From the NCBI GenBank assembly GCA_028023455.1, contig JAQFVV010000004.1, positions 17,980,001-18,044,000 of the forward strand: a stretch of DNA of 64,000 nt. The letters run 5' to 3'. Origin of the DNA: Epiperipatus broadwayi. Taxonomy: Eukaryota; Animalia; Onychophora. Position numbers and translations under genes: made by a program. Of this stretch, positions 35,901 through 50,783 are shown one piece after another; within the stretch, counting starts at the first letter, position 1, and every line of letters starts with the position of its first letter. Below the pieces are notes generated by a model. The model was not told the origin of the DNA. It ran no database searches and was given only the letters and a program-made list of their open reading frames with translations.

Positions 35901-38900
35901 ATTATAGGACACAGGAGATACATTCATGTTAGAAACATTATAATTATATCTTTCATTTATACCTTTTGGTCTCGTTTCACTATCAAGTTCTGATATCTCT
36001 AAAGCATTGAGAATCTCAGATGCTTCCTCAATACTGTGGCAATCAGCAGGAATAAGCATCTGTTCAATGCCTTTAGGAAGATTATGTTTGAGTATTCTCA
36101 GTATTTGATGCTCAGAGAGGGTAAATAGTCAGATTTTTAGGTTTAACTAACCCTGGAAAAACTGAGTATAGCTACCTTTAGTATAACTATACTTCTGAAC
36201 GACTTGATAGCACACTTGGTCTTGCCTAGCCTCACCCCAGGAACAAGACAATATTAGGCAATGAAAATGTTTGAATGTTGATGGTTTACTAAACAGATAC
36301 CACCATTCTTTAGCATACGCATAAAGATGGTTGCATGAAATAGCCAATTTCTCCTTGTTCACTCAATTTACATATAGAAAATAGTTCCTTCAGTGTATGG
36401 AGATACTCTAATGGATTTTCCCTACTTTCACCATTAAAAGATTTAATTTTTATTAAATTTGACACCATTGAAACTCCTACTTTACACTCATCGTCATGTC
36501 TAATATTAATTTTCTCTAATTCTGTTTCAGCTTTACAATCACTACTTATAGTGGATTTCATCTTCACTAGACTATATTCTGCCATATACTTCTTTTTATG
36601 CTGATTTACACTGTATCATTGTTTAGATTTTGATTTTGCACACCTTGCAATTTAATATCAAAACTATTCTGTACTTCCTCTATCTTTTTATAAATATCAT
36701 CAATCTTGGATGTCTTATCTTTTTGTTTAAAACATTCTGTAATATATGCTTTCAGATCTTTATCTGCTTTTTCTAAAATTTCACTTTTTTTTTTTATCTA
36801 TTCAATTTTCTTCTATCTGAACACCAAAATTGTGATTCTTAATTAATGATATCTATTTTATCTAATATATTCTTTTTAGTAATTTGATTTATTTGAATAC
36901 AATCATTGATGATGCTTCCTCTAACCTCTATAATTTCCTTAGCCATTCTCCAAATGGCTAAATTTATTTTCAATGCCAATAGTTGTATCAACATAACTTA
37001 ATACTATTTGCTTATACTCTTTTTCTTCTTCATTTATAACTTCTAATTTTACATTAGTAGCTTCTTGATTCGATTCAATTTTAACTACTACATCATCTAA
37101 TCTTTTATTAAGTTCTTCATAAGTTATCTTAGCATTATTTTCTACTACTTCAAACATAAATCTGTCCATCTTATCATGGAACTCATTTCTTACCAATTCA
37201 TTTTTTTTCTTTATTTTCTTATATAGATTTCTTTATCTTCTAATATTTGCAAATTTTGAATACCATCTTGCTTTACAAATTCTATAGATTTATACATGCC
37301 TTTTATTCTACCTTCCAAAGATTCAAATCTATTATTATTATTTATATCAGACTTCTCTATCCTATCTTCTAAAGACTTTATCATGTGTCTGTTATCTTCT
37401 ACCAACTTGTCTATTTTTTTATTTGTATCCTCTACAGATCTATCCATCTTCTTTTTTAGAGTTTTATTTATATCTTCAGCAGATTTATCTTTTTTTTTCT
37501 AGAGATTTATTTATATCTCCTATGTTTTGTTTTTTTTTATCTTCCTTTAATTCCTTTAGCATTCGTAATATTAATGACATATTAAACTCTTTTCCATATT
37601 GTGGGATTTCTTTGTCTTCATTTATGAGTTCAATTACTGCCAATGTATCCTTGTCACTAACTATAAAAGCATCTTCATCAATAACATCTTCTTCACTAAT
37701 CTCTAACTTTAATGGAGTTTCATCTTCTTCTACTTCTGCATAAATATTATTAACCTCAGGAGTTATGGAGCTTTCCTCCTCCATAATTTTTTTGAAAATA
37801 CTTTCGATCTCATACATTTTTATCAAAACAAATTTCTATTTATTTACTATATGTAAGATATTTTTGAAACAGTTTTTTAAATATCTAATATTAATAAAAT
37901 AGTCAAGTCTCCAAAAACTGACACCAATACCACTATATCACAACAACCGTAAAAAAGAAAGCGTCAACTGTCTATTTTTAGATGACTACTTATAGCTAGT
38001 TAATTGAATATACATGAACTTCCCTTAACAAATAGCACAATCTAATGTCTCATTTTACAATCCATTATTTCATGTCAATTTCTATTATCATCACAGCATA
38101 CTTTTTAAAATAAAATAAAGACAAATATTATACATACAGTATACATTTCATGCACATAATTTACAAGAGTATCAATCATATATAACACATAAATTAATAT
38201 TTATGATAAACATTCAAACAGAAATAAAATGTAAAAAAATAAAAACTTATTAACCGATGCGAGAGCTCAACAAATGGATATATCTTGAATTTTATATAAA
38301 TTATAATTATTAATTAAGCAGACATCCAACTAAGGTCATGCCAACACTTAAACATGCCAAAATTAAAGACATTGACCTTTTGGACAACCATATTATAACT
38401 AATGAGCCAATATCCAATCAATATCAGGGCAACATGTCAAGCACCAAAAATGGGCTGTAACCATCCTATGTGCCAAAAGACTCCAGGAATTAAGATAAGT
38501 AGCAAGAATACAAAATGGGCGAAATCAATAATCGACTAATAATAATAATAACCACTGATCTCAAACTGCTTTAATAAATAAATACTTATTAATTAATAAT
38601 TGCCTTGCTCGGAATAATAATAATGATAATAAATTTAATCATAAAATTGTGTTTTCATGCTAAGAGATACAGACTGCTTTAAAGTCAAGTATCAAAGACA
38701 CATTCGACTGCATAGAAATACCATTGAATTCTAACCCCTTAAGAATTACAATCATATTTCCATGATCAACAATAATAATCCTACTTCAGTAAAGCTAATA
38801 TAATATTTCAATTAAATATTTAATAATAACAAACTAAAATTTATTATAATAATAAATAATATTTATAGCTTTAATTTAAATTAAATTGTTATCTGAATCA

Positions 38901-41900
38901 CTATATCTTAATTACTATCTCGGGAATATCACTTTACAGAAGGAACAAAACATAAGATATTGGATAACAAAGAGTACTTTTATAGCAATCCAATAATCCA
39001 GACAAAATTTAAAAATATAAAATAATATTACATTCTTTAATAAATTACAATAACTTTGCTCTACAATATGATAACTAAACCATAAAACTAATTATCTTAG
39101 GTCTTATAGGGTTTTAAATCAATTAAAGAAAGATATAATTTAAGAAATATAATAAATTATAATTTAGAATATTAAAATACTAAGAAATCATCTCCCCTGA
39201 TAATCATTAATAATAATAACAATAACCTTTAATACTATAAATATAATATTACTATTCTTATAATGCAAATGTTTGAATAAAATTTTGGCATAGGGATATC
39301 CAAATAAAGCTCTGCTTACACATCTTAAAATAATAAGTTCTGTATTTGAATATAGAATAATTCAAATCATAATATTATTGATTGTTACCAATTTTAAGTA
39401 CACAAAAGAAACTTCTTAAATCTGCTGTGAAATAAACATACATGATGATTAAACATGACACTCTTGCTCATGATCAGATAAATTTGGATTTCTTCAAGAT
39501 TTTTTTCTGAATCCATGACCACTTATGAAACAATTATCATACACCCTTTGACAAAAATAAGCATTTTCATAAGTGTGGTACATATTTCTAAATAAAATAA
39601 TTTATTATAAGTGTGCAATCAATGAATAAAGTAAATACTGAATCCAATCAGTATCTGTAATGAAGCATAAATAGAAATATGGGAACATAAATAATAACAA
39701 ACTACAAAACTTTAAATTCTGAAAAACAAATCAATTTATTTACAAACAATCTTTACAATTTACAGCATAATGTTTAAGTATTATTAAAATAACAGAAAAC
39801 ATAAGAAATTTTTTATTAATATAACTATTTACAACTTCTAATAAAAATAATTTTACAGTTACGAACAGTTAAGAATAAATTAGTTTGGTGATAAATCCAC
39901 CTATCTAAACAAATTTCTTAACCCTTCATAATAAGAATATAATTATTTCTTGATATCATTATATATTTCAAAGTGGGTAAATGTTTTAACCAAAGATGGT
40001 ATAATTCTAATTATCATATTACCTTCTCTTTTTACTTTAAGTACAGTAATACAAACAATGTACTATATTAATATATCCCTAAGGATTTTATGAATTATTA
40101 TTAACCTTAGTGAAAAGCAAATTTTACGTTTCCATAATAATTCTATGGTTACTTCATTTAGTTAACAAGAAAATATAATCAGTTAAGCATTACTAAGTAT
40201 TTGATAATAATTTACCTTTTCAAAACATAAATTTCAAATAATATTCCATATACCTATAAATATAGTAAGTATTTTGAACTAAAGCATAACCTAAGTCATA
40301 TCTAACATTAACATTCAAGTTAAAAAATTAATGTATTCCAATTACTCATATATTTTTTTAAATAGCAATTATTAAACATTTTACAATTATCAATTATAAT
40401 TTCATTAACTATCTCCATTGCTATCAAGATTATTCGGCAAAATCACGATTATTCACATTTGAATATTTAAATCTTTATCATTAATGCTGCTTATGTATAA
40501 TACTAAGTAACATTCATAATACTCCTAACCTTACACTTATAGAGGTCATAAATCCTAGATTTTGTAACTATGTGCACATATACAAGTTTATGTGAATTAA
40601 ACAACTTTTATCAAGATTTTAATACATAACATTGCTAAATTAGATGTGATGTCCATAACTAAGTTCTTTATAAAAGCACTTTTAATAATTTGGACATAAG
40701 AATTTCATGGGAATTCCATCAAAATGACCAAACCTACATTCATGGCTAGAAGACTTATGTTCTCCCTATGACTTTTAATATGCATTATGGGAATAAAACA
40801 TAAAAACTGAACACCTATGTGAACCAACAGTCATATTTAGACAAGAAATCCTTAAGTTAAAAACACTATAAGCACACCTAAGCAAGGAACTGAAAGTATG
40901 ACACTTTAGCACATTTTATAATAATAACTGAGATGTTGTTGCTCAGAAATAAAATATAAAATTCCACCACAAAAAATAAATGCCCAATAGCAGGAGGACT
41001 CTATATGCTCTAGCATAATTATAATGCACTAGCATAATTTAATTATAATAATAGCATACAAATATAGCAAATAAAAATTAACACATGCAAATAAGTACTT
41101 CATAAAATAATTCACTATAATGAATATAAAATTGTGACCACACCAATAATCAATCCTAAGAAACATCATTCATTCCAAGCATATATTCCTTATAATTTCA
41201 AAATAGCAATTAGCAAGATATGAGAAATAATTTTTCAGAACAAAATACTCTAGACCATTTTACTTTTTAAATATTAAAATGGTCTAATATTAAATAAATT
41301 ACCTAAGCATATATTAAAATAAATAATGAAATTATACCAAGAAATATTATTATTAAAAAATATCCAACGGACGATCAATTTAAATATCAAAATGAACTTA
41401 TCATTTACTACACTTTTAATATACCTCAAAATATAGATAAATCTATCATATACCAAATTATTGCATACCAACATATGTAATATCTTTTAAAATTCAAAAT
41501 GAAACAAAAAATATTAAACATAATTTTCCCTTCTTTTTAAACATTATAACCCAAAATTAAAATTGAGAACAAGCTAATTCTTTTTAACCAAAACACTTCC
41601 GGGGAACTAAGTTTGAACAGTCAGTTCATTAATTAAACTTTCTCCCCCGTCTACTTGTGATGCTGCAAATCAACTTTAAAACCAGAAATGACGAATATTC
41701 TATTAAATAAAGTTATCCACATTTTCTTGTAATGTACAATCATTTCAATATTTAAGAAAAAATTAAATACAGCATACCACTTTTATAAGTGATTCCAATT
41801 TGAAATAAATATGTAATAAGTATGCAATCAGCTAACTTGAATTCCGAAATATTTTATTTATCTGAGTATAAGCTTAACAATAGTTTCCACATTTTTTTCT

Positions 41901-42036
41901 TTTTTTAAAACAGGCTGATACACTGTTATAATAAATATAGATTTAAATATAACTTGCATTTTAGCAAATCCGTTATAAATAACATAGCGAATTATATTCA
42001 TAAATTAGTAATTTAAGTTTTAAATATTTTCTTATA

Positions 42037-42141
42037 CTATGTCAAGCATCGGTGGTCGAGAGGTCAGCGTCGGCTGCTTTACAAGCAGTTATCCCGGGAC
42101 AGCGGATTCGCTTCCCGGCTGATGCTATGACACATGAGAAA
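42037..42141 (+). mobile_element. tRNA-derived SINE (complete tRNA-like head 42046-42125) with 15-bp TSD
   Basis: Acceptor stem gcatcgg/ctgatgc, A box tggtcgagagg, B box ggattcgcttcc; same 3' tgacacat + A tail as the 32.9 kb copy; TSD aaatattttcttata at 42022-42036 and 42142-42156. Confidence 0.85.
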
Positions 42142-43429
42142 AAATATTTTCTTATAAGTTATTAAAACATTATGATAGTAGCAGGAATAAATAATTATAA
42201 CAGTTCCATATTAAAATGCTAATGAGAAGATTAATAGTTCAATTCAATAGATCTAATACTAGTTATTCTAAGATCATGTAAAAGTTTATAAGCAAACAGA
42301 CAAAGATTTATGTAATATAGCAACCAAATTCTTACATAATACATCATTCCTTTGTCAGTTGTTTCAATATGGGTAAATTTTTTCCGTAGACATAAGCAAG
42401 AATTCGGCAATAGTGCAATTTTCTCAAAGCCATTCTATGTATTTTTCCTTTTCCTCTAATTGTTATGACAAGCAATATCAATGTGGACTTCTTGAGAGTT
42501 GACTACTTATTTTTTTCTATTCCATATTAACGCTGCTTTAAATAAAGACAAAATTTTAGATGGATTTCTTTTTAAATAATAATATTAATTGTTTCTTTTA
42601 GCACAAAAAATTCTTTTTAAATCGTTTATCACTTCCTTAATAATTTCCACACGTATACATCTTCACCCACCTATTCAATCTCTTTTTATAGCTAATCCAA
42701 TTGATCAGCTGATCTCCACTAAAACCAATCATCCAATAAAAACATTTTCAGCTCTAATTTTAACTTTTATTTTTAGACTTAATTAAAAAGAAAGAAAGAA
42801 ATATTTTAAAACAATAGTTTAATTATATAATATTTTAACTTTCTTTGAATAAAATAATTTGTTTTTATAAGTATTTAATGATTTAAATATTATTAAATGA
42901 AAATTACTAACAAATTATTTCTCATATTTTTTAATAACCAAGTATTAAACACAAGTCAATTTTTTAATACCTTTTAATAAAAATAATTATTATCATTAGC
43001 AAATTAAATATGTATAAAATAATACACATGTAGGCACATAGACATACACATCTATAAATTAGAAATGCTTTAATTGGACACTGCCTTTTCCTTACATAAT
43101 GTTCCCTAATGATTAATTTAAAATATTTTAAGTTAACTAACTTTGCATATTTAATTTATCATTATTAAAATTAAACTTACTTAAAGTGTAATTTACATTC
43201 TTGAATTATATTACTATTAAAATTTACACTTATAATACTTTATTAATATACATTTCAAATATTATTTAATACATTGATAAAATTATATAAGGTAACTTTA
43301 AGTATAATTACTTTAATTTTAATCTTAAATGGTCACAAAGAATATCCCTCATCTAAAATTTAAAATTTTTACCATTTTGTGCATGTAATTATTTTAATTA
43401 GGGTACAAGGCACAATTAAAATGGGCACA

Positions 43430-44100
43430 ATATATATATATACATAAAAATAAAAGTAGAAATAAACATATAAAAGTTTTTTGTAGATATTTCTTATATT
43501 ACATTGGAATAACAGTTAAGAATTAAATAATTTTGAATTTAAAAAAATTATTATAAATTAAACACTTAAAATGGTCTAATTAATATTTTATTAATTCTGA
43601 TTTTAAATTAAAGTAAGCATGTTTTTATATTACAATAGATATACTAGTAAATATAAAATTCCATTATCTATTTTGATTAGCAATTTTTTTTAATTAATGC
43701 TTGTATAACATTTTGATAAAATTATACAAAGTTGTTTTAAAAGGATTAAGTTAACTTGAAAAGAGTCATTAACTTTTTTCAATTAAGACAGAGAAAACAT
43801 ATTTTTAATTATCATATTTTTTTCCACTCTGACTACAAAAAGGTTAGAAAAAAGATTAGAAGAGAGGCTTTTAAGAGTTTTTACAGATTGTGACAGCATG
43901 ACTACCATGAACATCTACATGTCTTTAAAGTCAGCTCTCCAACTGAAAAAATCATATGAGAGAGCTGTCTAAAAGTTTCAGATCTTCTTCTTGACAGTTA
44001 ACTATTAGATAAATGCTTAGCTTGAGTTGGTCTTTTGAATCTGATGTCCTAGATCCTCATTGAAGAGAGTCATAGCTCAAAACCATTCTGTGTATGGGGA
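43430..44100 (+). repeat. Copy of the repeat that forms the 51.4-58.0 kb inverted pair
   Basis: Collinear with 55790-56210 (gttgtagatattt..., aaataattttgaatttaaaa, aaaggattaagtt, gaaaacatatttttaatta). Confidence 0.8.
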
Positions 44101-44949
44101 CAATCATAGATAAAAGATTATTTGAATGCCTTCTCTTGTCGTAGCATTTATCATAAAAAAATTAAAAAAGCTTGTTTAGAGCTTATAAATACAAGCTATA
44201 TATATATATATAAAAGTTCCTGTGACATCTGACTTTTATATATATATATATATATTGTAATCTTACAGTATTACTGTAAATTGGCTATTATAAGTTTAAA
44301 ACTATAAACATTTTATTGGCTATAATTTTTATAGTTAAGAAAATATATTCATCCCTGTCATTGGTTGTATAGCATAGAATATTTTCATTATCATGTTTAA
44401 ATAGTCTCTTATACTAATGTTTATGAGAAATATATAATTTTATAAAGCATTTTGAATGGCTCTCCAAGCAGATTTTTTTGATAGACTTCTATATTTGTAT
44501 AAAAAAAATATGTATACTCATATTTTGTTGTTATTCTTATTAAGGAATAAAGTTATTGAATTGTATATAAAACAAATAATTCAAAAGTAGAAATAGAGAA
44601 TACAATTATAAATCCAACATTATAACACTAAAATATTTTAATGAGGGATAGGATAAGCACCTTACATTTATATTTTGTGTGCGTGTGTGTGGAAGCAGTA
44701 CCCACGTGTTTACATTTTTATTTAGCAAAGATTAATTTAGTTTACTTGAATATTTATTAAGCAATAAATTATTTATTAACAGGCCAATTTAAAATTAATT
44801 GAAATAAATGTCTGAGAACTTTGTAGTTTTACGATTTATTTATTCTAAATAAATGTTCGTAAAATTATTTTAAAACTCTGAAATAAAAATGATGCAATTA
44901 AAGATTGAAATTATTATTTTCTTTTTTTTCTTCATTTTTAAACAGGGTT

Positions 44950-45700
44950 TCTAAAGTTTTACCACCTTGATTCAAAAATTTCAACATCTAACATTTTGCC
45001 TGGTAAGCCTCTTCCAATATTTCTCAGACAAATGAAAAAACCCCATTGCATAATGGAGAATATTCTGTAATCCAGGCAAAATGTGATAACTGACATAAAA
45101 GTTGAAACTTGGAAAATCCAAAACAGACTTTATAAATTTTTATTGCATTCAGGACCTAAACAGGTTCAAATGTTTAAATAGCCACTTTGTTTATCATCTA
45201 CACAATGGTCGGCTAAAGTAAACAGATAGGCAGTTGCCGTTGCTAGACAAATGAGTTCTCATTGTTCTAGTAGAAAGATGTATAACAACAAATAAAACAA
45301 AAGCTATCATTAATTAACTCACTAATTCTTTATTTCAAGTAATCTTATTTATTACAGTACTCTGTTAGTGGGAAAATGGACAAATTTACATATTGAATGC
45401 TATCTCACTATTTCAACAACAAATCTCTGGGTTTTCTTCAGTCGAAAGTAATGGTAAATTATTAGTATGTTTAGAAAATTTATATTTATTAATAATAAAT
45501 AGCTGATGTTTATTTTCAAAGTATTGTAAAAATAATTATTTTCTTCACTACAAGAAAGAATGCATATTGTCTCAGTGTTGTGAATGATCTTATCTAAAAC
45601 TTTAAACAACTTTTTCGACTCAAATATCCCTCCATAAACTTGTCGCTTAGAGAAAAGAACTTTGATTCAAAATGTAATGATAATCGTTTTATTATTGATG
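44950..45700 (+). mobile_element. hAT transposase remnant (ZMYM1-like family)
   Basis: Broken translation CDN.H...NL / IQNRLYKFLLHSGPKQ / LSSTQWSAKV..AVAVAR resembles the hAT CxxHxLNL and LSxTRWSAR motifs. Confidence 0.55.
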
Positions 45701-45735
45701 ATAAACTATTTGCTTTTTCAGAGATACAATCTATA

Positions 45736-45874
45736 AATGAATAGATTAATTTTATATCTCAACTTAAAGAAGTAATGAATGCTAATCTTTTAGATAAAAT
45801 TATAGCAATGAATAGATTAATTTTATATCTCTAAGGAAGTAATGAATGTTAATCTTTTAGATAAAATTATAGCA
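45736..45874 (+). repeat. Tandem duplication, ~71-bp unit x2
   Basis: aatgaatagattaattttatatctc...gaagtaatgaatg(c/t)taatcttttagataaaattatagca occurs twice. Confidence 0.9.
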
Positions 45875-46599
45875 TCTGTTCAAATGGATTAAATCATTGC
45901 GTAGAATTAACTGGAATAAAACTACACATTTGTATCCAGTGCTTAAGGAATTGCATTACAGATTCTCAATGCTAAATATTTAAATAACATTGAATGGATA
46001 ATGGATTAGGAAAGCTAAATATTTAAATGCCACTCCTGAATTATGGGTTATCAAAGCATATATTAAATATAATAAACATTTAAGTAATAAGCAATCTTAA
46101 AACGGATTAATGGTGAATGTAACTTACTTTGAATCAACAAGTATGATAAATGGAATTTATTCATCTTTATGCTACGTCCAGAAAGGATTATATTAGAAAA
46201 TGAAATTATTTGTGCTTTATATCATCTGTGATAATGTTATTTTAAAACTGCTTGTAAATTCCTAAGAACTCGGAAATATTTTGCAAGTATCAATATTTCA
46301 TTGGGATAATTTTCATATAATTAGAATGCATTTTCATATAGTTTTTTTTTTTTCGTTAGTTAATGTATGGAGAGTTTTGCTTTAGTTAATATTATTAATG
46401 TAATAAAATTTCTGAGATATTATTATTCCATGTACAGGTAATATTTTATTTAATATTATTATTAGTGATGTTGAATGTAATTAAATATGATTTACCTTAG
46501 GTTTAGATTGTATGAATGCAAATAACTATTAAACTTATATAAAACTGTGTTATATTGCAATTATTGTATGTTTTATGGGTTCTTAAGCTCAACCTCAAA

Positions 46600-46950
46600 G
46601 TTAAAATGGAGTTAATCATCTTTATGTTGATGAGTAAATCTGTAGGGAATATTTTATCCATCACTCTTACATACTAGTGTTAATTTTTCACTGTTATATA
46701 GTATTGTGCCAAGACATCCTAATGATCTAGTTATATTTTGTTAGTGAAGTAGAACTGCTAATGTTTAAGCTTGCAAATGAATCCACTAGAAAAATCTTGA
46801 GATGCAATAAATATGCCCAATGTGGTAAATATAATCTAAGTATGCTAAGCAATGATTGCATTTCCTTCTCTTAAAAGAACGAAAACTTCTCCAGCATTAT
46901 TGCCATTGGTCAACAATTGATTAGTTAGTGTAACAAACTAGAGCATTTAT
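46600..46950 (-). mobile_element. Degenerate LINE RT remnant
   Basis: Minus-strand GIFIASQDFSSGF resembles the RT xxDFSxAFD motif. Confidence 0.4.
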
Positions 46951-47142
46951 CATTGATCATTATAATAATGATTATTATCCTCCAATATTTGAATTGAGGA
47001 TTTTTTTTTGAAAGAATAAACAATCTATTCCTATTTGATGCTAGTATCTTCATATCACTGTTTGATAACATACTTTTTCATATCCCAAGTTCAAATTAGG
47101 TTTAGAAAACAAGTATTAATATTTTTTAAACACTTTATATAA

Positions 47143-47177
<35 letters not shown>

Positions 47178-47962
47178 GTTTTTTACTCATTTATTTTATA
47201 TATATATTAATCATTTATTTTATTATGTGTAATAAAGTAATTGTTAATTTTTAATATTTATCTTTTGTTGTTATTAAATAAACATTGCCATTGCATCTTC
47301 ATGATATAGAAGGTCGTATTTGAGATGTTAGCTTACACATAAAATCTACTTGAATTAAATACATCATTATTATATTAATGCTATCTGAAATATAAAAATA
47401 TTGATAAGATAACATATATAAAATCCCTTTTACACTACACACTTTATATCCATGCATTTATTTTCTTATTTTATATAATCCTAAGATAAATCATAAATCA
47501 TCTTTATATTTCAATTGCTAGCCTTAGTTTTAAGACTAAGTATATTAAGTTAAATGACCATTATCTATTCCTATCCGTTAGAAGAAAAATAAGAGATCAT
47601 AAAATTTTATATAATCTTGTCAATCAGAAAATTATATTAACTAACAAAATTTCAAATATTACTTTTAATAATTGTTTATATAAAACACATACATTTACTT
47701 TATTTTATATTAACATTTGTTGCTCTAACATATTAAAATGTTCACCTTTGTTTCGTTTGCCCTCGATAATCATGATTTTACTAATGAAAATATTTTTATT
47801 TTAGACTTTAAAAAATTTGTTACTTATCTTATAAAAAATTATGGCATATAATTATATTAATAATTTGTCATTTATACTCATTTATGTATATTATTGTGTA
47901 GTTGTTATGGTGCAATTCTGTAATTGGCTTAATGCTGTAGTTTTGTATAGTAAATGAATTGA

Positions 47963-47997
<35 letters not shown>

Positions 47998-48030
47998 GAT
48001 GATGATATGATGATGATAATGATGATGATG
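47963..48030. repeat. (ATT)n/(GAT)n microsatellite at the 3' end of the L1/Tx1-like element
   Basis: Directly visible trinucleotide runs. Confidence 0.95.
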
Positions 48031-50520
48031 TTTCAAAGAATTTTATTAAACAAATGTTACATAGATTTACAACAAAAGATTGCATTCTGTTACATAGACA
48101 ATCATATGAACTTTGAAACAAGTTCCAAATTTTATATTCAATTGTATTTTTCAGTTTATATAATTTTTGTTTGATGGTGATTCTGTTATAGGTTTGATAG
48201 TTGTCTTATGAGTGAACATGTTGCTGCTGCAATGTCTGGAGGGCTAATCTTGTAATACGATTCTTTTATTTGTTGAAGTTTTTTTGTAAATGTTGCTGGA
48301 TGTCTTCTTGTATTGTTACCAAATGTAAATGAGCATCTCGAGCACCAGTATGCATATAGTACAAAAGTTATTGCTCATTTTGTTGGGGTAGAGTTTTTTA
48401 AAGGATTGTAATATGTTTATTATTGATATATTTTTCCTTTGGTAGGTTTCTATTAATAATTTACATATATTAGATAAACTTGTGCATGACTAGAATATAT
48501 GCTGTTGTATTTCTTCTGCTGTGTGGCATGGATTGCAAAAAGAATCAATGTTTTTATATAGACATTTGTATCGAAGGAAATATGATGTTGGTAATGCATA
48601 AAAGTTTATTTTTAATATAAAATCAAAATATTTTGGTTCTAATGACCATTTTTTTATTTTTTTTAATAATTGATAATTGCTAATTCCAAGCATTGTTGTT
48701 TGTATGTCTTGAGGATTTTCTAGGTATAATTGTTTGTAAATTTGCCAGTATGAATATTTGTATGTTGATTCAATGTTAATTTGAGTAGATATTGTTGTGA
48801 CACTTTGTATTAGTGAAGGTAAATACTGCGAATTTGGAGGTGGAGTATCCGTTGGTGTGATTGTGAGCAAACATTTTAGTTTAAGAATTGTCTTATTGTT
48901 GATGCTAATATATTGATTGATTTCTATATATGAAATGTGTAGATAGTGTGCAATCCCAATCCATTGTTTTCTATAGATTTGCTAAGAGATTTAGCTGACA
49001 TTGCAACTGCTTTGCATTCCCATAGTAGTTTAGTGCATAGTGATAATATTTTTGATGTGAAATGTTTAGAGAATTTTATTATTGGAGAAAAATATGTTAT
49101 TTTTGTTGTAATTAACATGTTGAATAATTGAACTTTTGAGTATATTGATAGGTATGCTTTTGATAGTTTGATATTTTGTTTATGGATTCAAGTAACTTAT
49201 TTTGTATGCTTTGTCTCATACCATTTGTTCCTAAATAGAATGGAAATCCCAGAAAAGGAGTGGGTTTGCCTTAAAAGTATTTTTATATGTTTTGGTTGTA
49301 TGAACCAAGCTGCTGTTCTATTAGGATTGAATTATAGTTTGAATTCAGATGAGTATTGATCTAATATTTTCTGTAGTATTGGAAATTTTTTATGCAATTT
49401 TAAAAAAAATTATATCGTCCATGTATGCTAAACATGGGATGCTTTGTTGTGTGTGCGGAATTTGTATTCCAGATATGTTTTGTTGTATTTTTCTTATTAG
49501 TGGATCTATGTAGAATATGAAGAGGAGTAAACTTAGTGGTAATCATTGTGAAATAGATTGTGTTGGAGTGAATGGTGTTGATTTTCTTCCATTGAGTGTG
49601 ATATGAATTTGTTTATTAAGGAGAAGATTGTCAATTACATAGAGTAGTGTAGGTGATATGTGGTGTTGGCTAATTTATTAAGAAGTATCTTGATTGACAC
49701 TGAGTCAAATGCTGCTTGGATGTCTAATTGTACTGCTATTGGTGCATTTTTTTTTTGCTTTTGTATTGTAGTCATAATTGTTTTTGAGAATAACGCTGCT
49801 TGTTCTGTACATGATTTTTTTTTGCAAATTGTAGAGGTGATATAAGTGGAAGTAAGTTTTGTTCGATTTGATCTTTGATAATTTTTTCTAAAATTTTTAT
49901 GACTAATGTTCCCATAGAAATAGGTCTTAGATTGGTAAGTGTTGATATATTAATTTTTTATTTTTATTAAATGGCACTATGACTATGGTATTTAGTTCTT
50001 TAAGGTTGTAGATTTTTTGAAAAAGATGATTTGCTAGATTGCAAATATATTTTTGATATGAATTGGCTCGAATGTGCCAAGACAAATTTTGGTATTCTGT
50101 TTGTTCCAGGCTGACATGTGATTTAATTGTATTAAGTTTATCTGCAAATTGTTGTATATTAAATGGATAATTTGTTTCTGGTTGTCCAAAGTAGTTATCT
50201 GAAGGTGTGAATCTTTTATGTTCTTGTATTTGTTTTCTTGAAGTAATTAAATATGGATTTTATCATATTCTGTCCTGCGTACGTTATTCCTTCTATTTTT
50301 AATGCGATTGGTACTCTCAATTTTGGTGGATATCCTAGAGCCCATCAAATATATGCTCTTGACCAAGTGTGTGTTTGTGAGAGACATATTTTTGATTTTT
50401 TAATTGTTATGTATTCCTTTAGTTTGTTACATGTGTAATTGTATATTTGTGTGAGCTTGTATATATTTTCCTGTGAGTTATGTGAAGGATGTGCCATTGT
50501 GATTCTTTTGTGTATTTCAT
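48030..50520 (-). mobile_element. Degenerate 5'-truncated L1/Tx1-type LINE (RT and C-terminal CCHC zinc finger)
   Basis: Minus-strand motifs in order: YRPISM, IAVQLDIQAAFDSV, SKSIENNGLGL, FYALPT...CNPCHTAEEIQQHIF; AATAAA near the 3' end. Confidence 0.75.
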
Positions 50521-50524
50521 CCGC

Positions 50525-50783
<259 letters not shown>

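Larger units (their letters stand above)
29190..37830 (-). mobile_element. Decayed Ty3/Gypsy LTR retrotransposon internal region (coiled-coil gag, protease, RT, RNase H, integrase)
   Basis: Order gag (37826-35829; KSFNGESRENPLEYL), protease (LI[D]SGSSTC with 1-bp loss near 33710), RT (33551-32377; RMPFGL once the SINE is removed), RNase H (YSIMEKETLAIVWA), integrase (30172-29203). PR-RT-RH-IN order indicates Gypsy. No LTR pair identified. Confidence 0.9.

Noticed and set aside
42046-42125. Functional tRNA gene
   Set aside because: It has a TSD, an A-rich tail, a non-canonical T arm, an anticodon/body mismatch and a related inserted copy, so it was treated as a SINE.
44946-45002. 57-bp exon-like segment with good AG/GT sites on the + strand
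   Set aside because: It is open only in phase 2 (incompatible with the phase-0 candidate exon 1) and abuts or lies within a hAT transposase remnant.
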